In this document: positions 11,330 through 22,303 of the stretch, piece after piece
How the letters are laid out: every line of letters begins with the position of its first letter
How positions within the stretch are numbered: position 1 is the first letter of the stretch
NCBI RefSeq assembly: GCF_009914755.1
Contig: NC_060926.1
Reading direction: 5' to 3' (one strand)
Source: the human T2T-CHM13v2.0 reference genome, Homo sapiens
Length of the DNA stretch: 64,000 nucleotides
Notes under the pieces: model-generated
Databases searched by the model: none
Told to the model about the DNA's origin: nothing
The model's input: only the letters and a program-made list of their open reading frames with translations
Program-made: the position numbers and the translations under genes

Positions 11330-13608
11330 TGTATTAGTCCATTTTCATGCTTCTGATAAAGACATACCCAAGGCTGGGAAGAAAAAGAAGTTTAATTGGA
11401 CTTACAGTTCCACGTGGCTGAGGTGGAGAGACCTCAGAATCATGGCGGGAGGCAAAAGACACTTCTTATATGGTGGCAGCAAGAGAAAACAAAGAAGAAG
11501 CAAAAATGGAAACCCCTGACAAACCTGTCAGATCTTGTGAGACTTATTCACTATCACAAGAATAGCACGGGAATGACCAGCCCCCATGATCCAATTACCT
11601 CCCGCTGGGTCCCTCCCATAGCACGTGGAAATTCTCAGAGATACAATTAAAGTTGAGTTTTGGGTAAGAACACAGCCAAACATATCATTCCATCCCTGAC
11701 CCTCCAAATCTCATGTCCTCATATATCAAAACCAATCATGCCTTCCCAACAGTCCCCCAAAGTCTTAACTCATTCCAGCATTAACCCAAAAGTCCACAGT
11801 CCAAATTCTCATCTGAGACAAGGCACGTCACTTCTGCCTATGAGCCTATAAAATCAAAAGCAAGCTAATTACTTCCTAGATACAAAGAGGGTACAGGTAT
11901 TGAGTAAATAGAGCCATTCCAAGAAATCAGCCAAAACAAAGGGGTTACAGGCCCCCATGCAAGTCCAAAATCCAGTGGGGCAGTCAAATTTTAAAGCTCC
12001 AAAATGATCTCCTTTGACTCCAGGTCTCACATTCAGGTCATGCTGATACAAGAGGTGGGTTCCCATGGTCTTAGGCAGCTCTGCCCCTGTGGCTTTGCAG
12101 GGTACAGCCTCCATCCTGGCTGCTTTCATAGGCTGGCATCGAGTGTCTGCAGCTTTTCTAGACAGACAGTGTAAGCTGTTGGTGGATCTACCATTCTGGG
12201 GTCTGGAGGATGGTGGCCCTCTTTTCTCATAGCTCTACTAGGCAGTGCCCCAGAAGGGACTCTGTGTGGGGACTCTGACCCCACATTTCCCTTCCGCAAT
12301 GCCCTAGCAGAAGTTCTCCATGAGGACCCTGCCCCTGCAGCAAACTTTTGCCTAGGCATCCAGGTGTTTCTATACATCTTAAATCTAGGCAGAGGTTCCC
12401 AAACCTCAATTCATGACTTCTGTGCATCCACAGGCTCAACACCACATAGCTGCCAAGGCTTGGGGCTTCCACCCTCTGAAGCCACAGCCCAAACTCTACG
12501 TTGGCCCCTTTCAGCCATGGCTGGAGTGGCTGGGATGCAGGGTACCACATCCCTAGGCTGCACACAGCACAGGGACCCTGGGCCCAGCCCATGAAACCAC
12601 TGTTTCCTCCTGGGCCTCTGGGCCTGTGATGGGAGGGGCTGCCATGAAGGTCTCTGACATGGCCTGGAGACATTTTTCCCATGGTCTTGGGGATTAACAT
12701 TAAACTCCTTGCTACTTATGCAAATTTCTGCAGCTGGCTTGAATTTCTCCCCAGAAAATGGGTTTTTCTTTTCTACTCATTATCAGGCTGCAAATTTTCT
12801 GAACTTTTATGCTCTGTTTCCCTTCTAAAACAGAATGCTTTTACAGCACCTAAGTCACCTTTTGAATGCTTTGCTGCTTAAGAATTTCTTCCACCAGATA
12901 CCCTAAATCATCTCTCTCAAGTTTTAAAATTTCACAGATCTCTAGGGCAGGGGCAGAATGCCACCAGTCTCTTTGCCAAAACATAACAAGAGTCACCTTT
13001 GCTCCAGTTCCCAAGTTCCTCATCTCCATCTGAGACCACCTCAGCCTGTATCTTATTGTTCATATCACTATCAGCATTTTTCTCGAAGCCATTCAACAAG
13101 TCTTTAGGAGGTTCCAAACTTTCCCACATTTTCCTGTCTTCTTCTGAGCCCTCCAAACTGCTCCAACCTCTGCCTGTTACCCAGTTCCAAAGTCACATCC
13201 ACATTTTTGGATATCTTTTCAGCAACGCCCCACTCTATTAGTACCAATTTACTGTATCAGTCCATTTTCAAGCTGCTGATAAAGACATACTCAAGACTGG
13301 GAAAAAAAAAAGAGGTTTAATTGGACTTACAGTTCCACATGGCTGGGGAGGCCTCAGAATCATGGCAGGAGGTAAAAGGTACTTCTTACATTGTGGAGGC
13401 AAGAGAAAATGAGGAAGATGCAAACACAGAAACCCCTGATAAACCCATCAGATCTTGTGAGACTTATTCGCTATCACGAGAATAGCATGGGAAAGACCAG
13501 CCCCTGTGATTCAATTACCTCCCACTGGGTTCCTCCCACAAGACATGGGAATTCTGGGAGATACAACTAAAGTTGAGATTTCGGTAGGAACACAGCCAAA
13601 CCATATCA
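11330..13608 (-). mobile_element. Full-length THE1A MaLR retrotransposon (3' LTR 11330-11687, internal 11688-13252, 5' LTR 13253-13608)
   Basis: Two ~357-bp direct-repeat LTRs ('tgtat...gtccattttca...' to '...catatca') with THE1A-type 'gaaaaagaggtttaattggacttacagttccac'; ~1.56-kb internal region with MaLR ORF remnants (MEGSEEDRKMWESLE...); 5-bp TSD cctag/cctgg. Confidence 0.93.
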
Positions 13609-13775
13609 CCTGGAATCTTAGAAACTTGGTATTTTCAGACTAGTACTAGGAAATATTCCATCTTAAGGGTATTGGTAAGCAAGTTCTTCCTCTCAAGTTT
13701 ATCTCCCCTCACCTGATATTTTTCTTTTCATCCTGACAAACAAGCAGAGCTCTTCTGATTATAAAAATAATAATA

Positions 13776-14408
13776 CTTTTAATGGGGCTGTTTGTTTTTC
13801 TTGTAAATTCGTTTAAGTACCTTATAGATGCTGTATATTAGACCTTTGTCAGATGCAGAGATTGCAAAAACTTTCTCCCATTCTGTAGGTTTTCTGTTCA
13901 CTCTGATGATAGATTCTTTTGCTGTGCAGAAGTTCTTTAGTTCAATCAGATCCAATTTATCAATTTTTGCTTTTGTTGCCATTGCTTTTGGCATCTTCAT
14001 CATGAAATCTTTACCCGTGCCTATGTTCTGAATGGTATTGCCTAAATTTTCTTCTATGGTTTTTATAGTGTGGGGTTTTACATTTAAGTCTTTAATCCAT
14101 CTTGAGTTTATTTTTAAATATGGTATAAAGAAGGGGTCCAGTTTCAATTTTCTGCATATGGCTAGCTAGCACTATTTATTAAATAGGGAATCCTTTCAAC
14201 ACACATTGGGGCCTGTTGGAAGGTTGTGGGGGTGTGAGATGGTGGATGGGAGGAAGGAGAGCATCAGGAAGAATAGCTAATGGCTGTTGGGCTTAATACA
14301 TAGGTGATAGGAAGATCTGTGCAGCAAACCACCATGGCACACGTTTAACTATGTAACAAACCGGCACATCCTGCATAGTTACTCCTGAACTTAAAGGCTG
14401 GAAAAAAG
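13776..14408 (+). mobile_element. 5'-inverted, truncated older L1PA (ORF2 piece on - strand ~13776-14195 joined to 3' UTR on + strand ~14196-14408)
   Basis: Minus-strand ORF 13779-14147 ([24 protein letters not shown]...) is L1 ORF2 C-terminal sequence; it abuts a + strand L1 3' end 'gcagcaaaccaccatggcacacgttta...gaacttaaa'; flanks share atactYttaat. Confidence 0.85.
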
Positions 14409-17400
14409 AGATACTCTTAATATTAAGACTGCATGTTAAAAGGGTGCAAGCACTACAATGAATGAGTTCTAAAAGAGGCTGGCCACACCAAGGGAGACTC
14501 AGTCAGGGAATCTGTGACCACCCATCAGTGATGGGTGGAGCCTATTAGATCAATTACTGCAGTACATAGTAAAATTGCCAGTTCTTCTGGTTTCTTATCT
14601 GGGATTAGTAGCAGATCTTGAAATACAAAAATTTATTTCTACATCTTCTGTCATAATTCTCACTACTAAATAACTTCTACCACTTCTAGCTCCTATCAGG
14701 TCAACCCCAACTTCCTTGTCTATCATTTGAGATCCAATATTGCCATACTACCTTGAATTATTTAGCATCAGCTGAAGAAAAAAAAAATCACCTTGACTTA
14801 AAAAGCTTGCCCTCTGCTTTTAAGTGTATAAAGAAATTTGGTTCCCTTGTTTTATGGAGCAAACTTCAAAGTGGAAGGGAGAAAAAAATCAAGCAGACCT
14901 CAAGTCACCTGATTTCCAGTCCACTAAACCACACTCTGCTTTCTTGCCAATACCAATACTCGATTGTGTTTCCAGGGAAGAAGGAATGGTAAAACAAAGA
15001 GTGAGAAAGCTGAGCCAACTGTGATAGAGGCACAGGCCAATCCCTCAGACTCCTTTTTTCTAATTGAACACCAGATATAATCCCAGCCCTTTAAATAAAA
15101 TTACCTAATTAATCCTAATTAATTAGTGAGCCCTTATATTTATAGAAGGGGTTTTCTTAGTGTCTGTCTTCTCACCCTCCCCACTTCCCTGCCTCTACTA
15201 CATTTCTTTCCATCTAAAAAGAAAAGTTTCATTTTTAGGGGTCCTTTTTAAAAACAATTTCCATGTCAACATTTATTAATGCTTGTGTGTGTGCATGCAT
15301 GCCTGCATATATACACTTAGAGCACGTTTTTTTAGAAGGCAGTAATGGTGCTGCCTTTTATCACCTTCTTTCTCCTCTTTAAATGGAAAGCACTGAACCC
15401 AGATGCCCAACCACGGAAGATATTCTTCCAGAAGCAGCATCTGGCTTCCTGGCAAGCCCTTCAGGCAAGTTGTTTGGGGAGCATTGCTGTTGTCTCTCGG
15501 TCTGTCACGTGTATCAGATACCGTGGCCTCTCTGGCTGGCATGTCCCGGTAGCTGCCAATTCCTTTCAGTTCACCTTTAATTCTGAGAAACTAGTTTCCT
15601 CATTTTCATTTCTTACTGGACTTATTTTTCTCCCCACTGCCCATAGGAATTCCAGGACAAACCTAAGTCCTCACTGCTTTCTGCCTGTCAAGCTCCTTTC
15701 CAGACCTCCGTCTTTTGAACCCAAATGAAAACCTCAGCCATTTACTCCTACATTAAAATAGGTTATTTTAAATAATATTTCTTAGCCACTTCTTGTCAGC
15801 AAAGCTCCTTGTAAACTGTGGAGTTGTTCCCTGAAAAGAAAAACAAAACATTCCATCCGAGTCATTTATTCTGGTCTGTACACAAGACATGAAAGTGTTC
15901 TTGACATTTGTGTATTATTTAGTTAAATCGTATTGGCTCCCTACATCCTTGTCACACCATGAACAAAAGAGCATCACGGGGCTGGGAAAGACGAGACCAT
16001 GCTGCAGTTAGTCAAGGCTGTGCAGCCTTTACACATAGCACCCGCTCCAGGAAACTGCATTTCTTAAAGTGGCTTTTTTTTTTTTTTACCTGTTAATATA
16101 TATTTTTTAATTGTGAAGGATCTTCTGGGGTTTTTTATGGATAATTGTTAAGAACACAGAGTCCGATGGTAGCCCACGCAACAGGAAGCCGTGACAAGGT
16201 GCTGACAAGTCCGGCAGCAGTACCCAGAATGCAGAGGAGAAAGCAGAAATTAGAGCTGCAGGGTGACATCCAGGAATACTTAACACAGGGTATCTGCAAA
16301 TTTTCATGTCGTTGGGGTTTTTTTTTCTCATGCAAGAAAAAAGTACATATTATATATGAGATTTCAGTTCTCAAGACTGTAATGTCTAGGCTGAGAAAAG
16401 GCTGAAGTTGAGCAATGGACAGGAGGAAATCTCAGCCATAAATAATATTTTGTCTGTAGCTAGTAGCAGACTCAACCCACACTTGACTTTGAAGCAGTAC
16501 ATAACTAGAACCCTAGGCTTCACTTGAATGAGAGTCCCTAGGGGGCAAAGAAAGGAGGTTAGGGGCTGTCTTGGTCAGGCCATTGGGAAAAATCTTTTTT
16601 GGAAGTAGCTACAAAACAGTAGAGCTCAAATTTAAGGTTAGCATTTTTGAGCCTATTATGTTTCTGCCTCAATGACATTTTTTGGTCTATAATTTTTCCC
16701 CAGCTCCATTCATTAATATGTAAAAAGAAAGTTTAAAAATACATGCCAAACTCACAAGTTTTACACTACATTATTGCCCTTGGTATAGAGGTTCCTGTAT
16801 CTTATTTCTGGTCATTTCTTCTCCTCTTCTATATCCTACCCATATTCTTTTTAACTAAACTGTTTCCTCATACATTTTTCCACTGTTCTCTACCTTTCCT
16901 CCCAATATTCATCATCCTCTGCAGATTCTTTCTCTTGTCTGTACTCTGAAAACTCACTTCACATTCAAAACATTGTTGCCTACATCATCTGTCCACACAT
17001 TTATTCATGAAACAAATACAGGTTGAGTACTTACTGTGTGGTAGATGCTGAGCTGGAAATGAAGACACTTTTACCAGGAAAGCAATAAAGCTCTAGGATC
17101 TGGAAGCTTCCCTTCCCATGTCTGGGAGTGTTCACATCCCTCAATCTCATTCTTAATCCCCATTTTCTGGCTCTATATCCTTCCACTTCTAACAGGAATT
17201 TGTAAACCAGCCTATTTTTAACAGGCATTAAGTCAGTCCTTCCATTGGACTAAGTAAACCCCTTCTCTTCTTTCTCATTTCAAAGAGACAACAAGTAGAA
17301 CACGTTGGGACAGAACCGCTGTAAGGGGTGGGCAAGACATAGGTTGGTTCTCTGGCACTGAAAACACCTCTTTTCCTGCTCTCCATGAACTGATGGTCAA

Positions 17401-18399
17401 TAGACGCCTCTTCATAGTCTTCCCTATATCAATTTTGTACATTCATTTCTTTACTTCATTTATTGATTTTCATTTACCTCCCATAGAGTTTGTGATACGA
17501 AAAGATAAAGAAATCACTCCAAATGAACTTTTGTCTAATTAATCTGTGTATATGTTGTTGGGCATTAAAACAGATTAAATTTGCTTACATAGTGAAAAGG
17601 CATGTAAAGTGATATGTTATCTAAATCAGAATTTTTTTCCATCTGGACACTTCATAGCAATCATTTCACATCTCAGAAAGATTCCATTCTCAAACACATC
17701 TCTTCTTTGATAACAGCACAACTCTGCCCTTGCAACTCTGCCCTCTTGGCTTCCTGCTCACCCATCTTTTCCACTTTTCTTTCATTTCCAACTGCCATTC
17801 CAGAGCCACGTACTTCCCCTGGTGCTAACTTTTAAGTCAACAGAAGGGAATTCCATTCTCTCTCCTGGTGCCACATTTCCTATTTAGGGCCAGATATTCC
17901 CCACAGAGATATTGAGGCATTTTACTGCTAGTTTACATGTCCTACTATATTTTTCTAACTAGTGGGAAAAAAGAAATAAATGTACGCCCTGCCCTCTCTG
18001 ACCTCATCTTCCTTTCATATCACATTTAAAATAACCAATTCCTGGAGTGGCAAGCTCTTAAAGCAATTCATACTTCCCTGGCAATCACAGAAATGTACCC
18101 TTCATCTTGGCAGAGGAAGGCCTATTTCTTCCACCTGTTGTCACATTCTTTTTATTCTCTGCATGGGTTTCCCACACATACACCCTATAATAAGTTAGAT
18201 AAGGTTAGAAGCAGGTGGCTACATAGAGAATCAAAAGAAATGTTCATTGTCATGTACGAGAAATTTCTGATCCCAAAGCACTTTTTTTTCCAAGAAATGG
18301 TAATATATAGAAAATTGGCCTGCAGTTAGTTGTATGTAGGATTGTGGATACTGGGGAGAGTGGGGGCGGGGAAGATGATGACCAGAGAGAGCGTTTTGT

Positions 18400-18760
18400 T
18401 CATCATGAATGCAGCTACCTGAAAAACACTAGCTAATTAGCAGTCTGTAGCCACACAACACAGCAGTTTAGTATAAGAAGTGAACAATACTTTACCTAAT
18501 TGAAACTACAGAGCAGACTTAGGTAGGCTGAATGTAATTACACAGATTGGAAGTCAGCCAGGACGCCGAGGTTAACAATCCCTTCACTCACAAAAAGCAC
18601 CACGGGAACTTTAATGACCACAAGTGGTAAGGGCCGCTATCCTGCAGCCCAGCGAAAGGCCTCACCTCTCGCAACCGAGACTCCATCAGAAGAGCCTAAT
18701 GGCGTCAACTAATTGCTAGAAAAAAAGACTGCCCTCTATCGACGCAGATGCACCTGTGCC
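18400..18760 (-). mobile_element. AmnSINE1 (Deu-domain SINE) remnant
   Basis: Reverse complement reads 'accacttgtggtcattaaagttcccgtggtgcttttt...gttaacctcggcgtcctggctgacttccaatctgtgtaattacattcagcctacctaag...tgtagtttcaattaggtaaagtattgttcacttc...ctaaactgctgtg...caggtagctgcatt', colinear with the AmnSINE1 Deu domain and 3' tail as I recall them. Confidence 0.8.
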
Positions 18761-18939
18761 GTGTGACTCATTCACCAAGCACAGTAAACACTTTTAAGTA
18801 CTAGGGCGAAGGGGGATTCGAATGAATGAGGGCATCGAGGGGGTCAAGTGGTGGACAATAGGAACTGTGAAGTCTCCTCTGCCTGCCGGTCCTGTGGCCA
18901 GCACTTCTGCTGCACTAGCTTCCCTAAAAGAGGCACACG

Positions 18940-19405
18940 ACTTCCCAAACTTCAGTGTGCTCACAAACCAAATTACCTAGCAATCTTGTTAAAAAATGCA
19001 GATTCTGGGTCGGGCACGGTGGCTCACGCCTGTAATCCCAGCACTTTTGGAGGCCGAGGCGGGCGGATCACAAGGTCAGGAGATCAAGACCATCCTGGCT
19101 AACACGGTGAAACCCCATCTCTACTAAACATACAAAAAATTAGCCAGGCGTGGTGGCGGGCGCCTGTAGTCCCAGCTACTCGGGAGGCTGAGGCAGAATG
19201 GTGTGAACCTGGGAGGTGGAGCTTGCAGTGAGCCGAGAGCCACTGCGCTCCAGCCTGGGCGACAGAGCAAGACTCCGTCTCAAAAAAAAAAAAAAAAAAA
19301 TGCAGATTCTGATTCAAGAAGTCTGGGATGAGGCCTGAGATTCTGTACAGAGAACAAGCTCCCAGGTGCCACTGCTGCTGCTGGTCTGCAGACCACACTT
19401 TCAGA
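18940..19405. mobile_element. MER5A hAT-Charlie MITE split by an AluY
   Basis: 'cttcccaaacttcagtgtgc...cttgttaaaaaatgcagattctg' [Alu] 'attcaagaagtctgggatgaggcctgagattctg...gctgctggtctgcagaccacacttt'. Confidence 0.8.
19008..19300 (+). mobile_element. AluY
   Basis: Y-type 'gaccatcctggctaacacggtg' and 'gaatggtgtgaacctgggaggtggagcttgcagtgagccgag'; CpG-rich; pure poly(A) tail; perfect 17-bp TSD aaaaaatgcagattctg. Confidence 0.93.
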
Positions 19406-19889
19406 ACAGGATCTAAAGACAAGAAACAGGAGGAGGAAAGAGGTTCTCTGTGGCCAAGAAATCAAAGTCTGGGCTAAAAGAAAGAGGACTTTAACATGGG
19501 GTTTGACACCCAGAATTATCAGGTTTGCATCATTTGTCCTAGGAACTAAATGAAGCAGAAACATGGAGTGTCCAAAATAATAATCCAATCCAAAACCCAC
19601 TCTCAGAATGGCTTTTTCCATGGGGAGAAGAAAAGGTAAAGAACATGGTCTCTGAATGTGCTTTATAAATGAGGTGCCTACTCTGCAAAGTGTCCAGCTG
19701 TAGTGCTGTGGCAGGGGGATATCAGCAGTGGTCTGTCAGGACCTGCAAGAGCCAAAAGTGTCTGACTCTCAAGATGAATCAAGAGAAGACAAGATGGCAG
19801 AATGCAAATTGTCAAAGCTTAACCTATGAACAAGGATGGGAGTAATAATTTTCCTTCAAATGTTTGCAAAATAAAATCAAAGTTGCTGA

Positions 19890-20192
<303 letters not shown>

Positions 20193-20392
20193 TTAAACTT
20201 ATGTTATGCAAACATGGTTTACTGCTGTGCTACCTAGACTTCCATAATAAAGCCTCAGTATAGCATTAAAAACTTAATTGTTGGTTAGATTAATTTGTAT
20301 TCTTTAGTTATTTCCTCAATGCTTTTTATACTAATTTCTATGTATTTTGTGACTTCTTAATGACAGAATTCACTTTAGATACTTGAAAAGAA

Positions 20393-20426
20393 ACACACAC
20401 ACACACACACTCACACACACACACAC
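20393..20426. repeat. (CA)n microsatellite, interrupted once
   Basis: Direct reading. Confidence 0.95.
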
Positions 20427-21182
20427 GGCAAGACCCAATTAATCACTGGTTGGTGCAGTATGGTTTTCTACGTTTAGACATGCTGCAAACATGTTGTAAA
20501 CTAGATAAGGCTGGAGTTTAAATATACATTTATCCTAATATATACCTCATCAGTATAGCTGTAAAAAATGCCGTTACTTGCCAACAATATATAAATTTAG
20601 GATATCCTTCAAAATTTATCATTTGAAGTGTTCAGCTACCTGAAGCTGGCAGGGCAAAGTACATATACAAGCAGAAGCACATAAGCACCAATGAATGAAG
20701 CATGCCTATGGAGTGCCTGCTCTGTGTTCCATACTATACGCAGGAAAGTGGAGAAGATAAAAGTGTGCAATCGGAAGTCTAAGGTTTTGCCTTTGCAGTG
20801 CTACTAATGTAACAGGAAGGGAACAAAACACTTAAGAAAAAACAGAACAGAGACTAATTAACTGTTAAACAGTATGTGCAGCCTGTAATTCAAATGAGAA
20901 ATGGGCTGAAAGAGTTGAGAAGTCTCCAGTGAAAGGTGGAGCTGGTGAGATTTGGATGTTCCATGGAGTGGCTGGAGAAAAACCAAGAGGGAACCAGGAT
21001 ATAGGTGTGAGCAGCCTGTCCTGTGGCCAGAGGCAAAGGAGAAGGAGAGACCTGAGTGCAGGGTGGGGCCAGGTTATGGGTGGGGCTGGCAGAAACTTTT
21101 CTTGGAATCTGACATCTCAGGCTATAGGAAACCAAGGCAGGTTACTGAGCAGTTGAAAAATTTCTGCTTTTGTATTTAAGTA

Positions 21183-21499
21183 CAGTCACACACCACATAA
21201 TGACACATCCATCAATAATGGACCTTACATATGATGGTGGTCCCATGAGATTATGACACTGAATTTTTGCTGTATCTTTTCTATATTTCAATACACAAAT
21301 ACCACTGTGTTAAAACTGCCTGCAGTATTTAGTACAGTAACATGCTGTGCAGGTTTATAGCCTAGGAGCACTAGCCTAGGTATGTAGTAGGCTATACCAT
21401 CTAGGCTTGTGTAAGTACACCCTATAATGTTCACATAACTGTGAAATTGCCTGATGATGCATTTATCAGAATGTATCCCCCTCGTTAAGTGACACACTG
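21183..21499. mobile_element. Tigger3a/Golem-like TcMar MITE
   Basis: 'ta|cagtcacacaccacataatgac...gatggtggtcccatgagattat...tatcccccctcgttaagtgacacactg' with cagt...actg termini. Confidence 0.8.
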
Positions 21500-22272
21500 C
21501 CATCTCAAACAACCTATCCATTGGTCCTATGTGAAATGGACTTAGGGATGGAGGGGCTGAAGGAGGAGGCTGGGGCTGAAGGAGGATGCTGGAGCAAAGC
21601 CGGAAAGCCAACAGTTCTCTTAACGTGACTACGGAGCAATTGTTTTGGTGTTGGCTGTGGAGCTCATTGGGAAGAGAGGAATTCCTAGGGCAGCTTTGAA
21701 GTAGGTCAGGAGTATTCGCTGGTATTTTTGATATGAATCTCCACAAAGGACTGGAAAGAGTCCCAGACAGTGCCACAGGGTGCAATCTATAGATTAAAGA
21801 GAGTGGTGGTGCCACTGATAAAACCAGGTCATCTGTGTACTCTTACTGAGCACCTACTGTATGCCAGGCACTGTTCTAGGAGCTTATCACACATCGGTCA
21901 ACTTAACAAAAACCATCCTTGCCCTCATGCAGGTTAAAAGGGGGAGTCAGTTACAGCCTTTTGCGTAGGAATGACATGAACTGACTTCCGTTTTAAAGGA
22001 TCACTGTGTTGATAGTACATTCTAGGTGAACAAGAGTAGACACAGAGAAAAACTGTAAATTATCCAGTTGCCAATTTAATTAGAAAGCAGTATTTGTGGG
22101 TGGACAGTGCTGTGTGCATCTGCCTCTGATAGGTTAAGAGAATCTAAAGAACTGGGCTCCAGCCCCAGCTTCAGTATGAGGTTCCACAGTGACTTCAGGC
22201 ACGTCACTTCACGTCTCAGCCACTGTTTTATCACCTTATCATAGAAATAATACCTAATTTATCCACCTTCAT

Positions 22273-22303
22273 GTGTGTGTGTGTGTGTGTGTGTATGTGT
22301 GTG
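22273..22303. repeat. (TG)n microsatellite
   Basis: Direct reading. Confidence 0.95.

Noticed and set aside
11869-13156. Cluster of minus-strand ORFs (up to 157 aa)
   Set aside because: Frameshifted remnants of the THE1A internal ORF, not a host gene.
13779-14147. 122-aa [27 protein letters not shown]...
   Set aside because: A fragment of L1 ORF2p within a truncated element.
18830-18845. 'ggattcgaat' Pol III B-box-like motif (~18814-18823, just upstream of this interval)
   Set aside because: No A box or cloverleaf structure; not a tRNA gene.
21288-21815. Longest ORF in the track (175 aa)
   Set aside because: Runs into the Tigger3a-like MITE, has no recognisable domain and no convincing exon structure.
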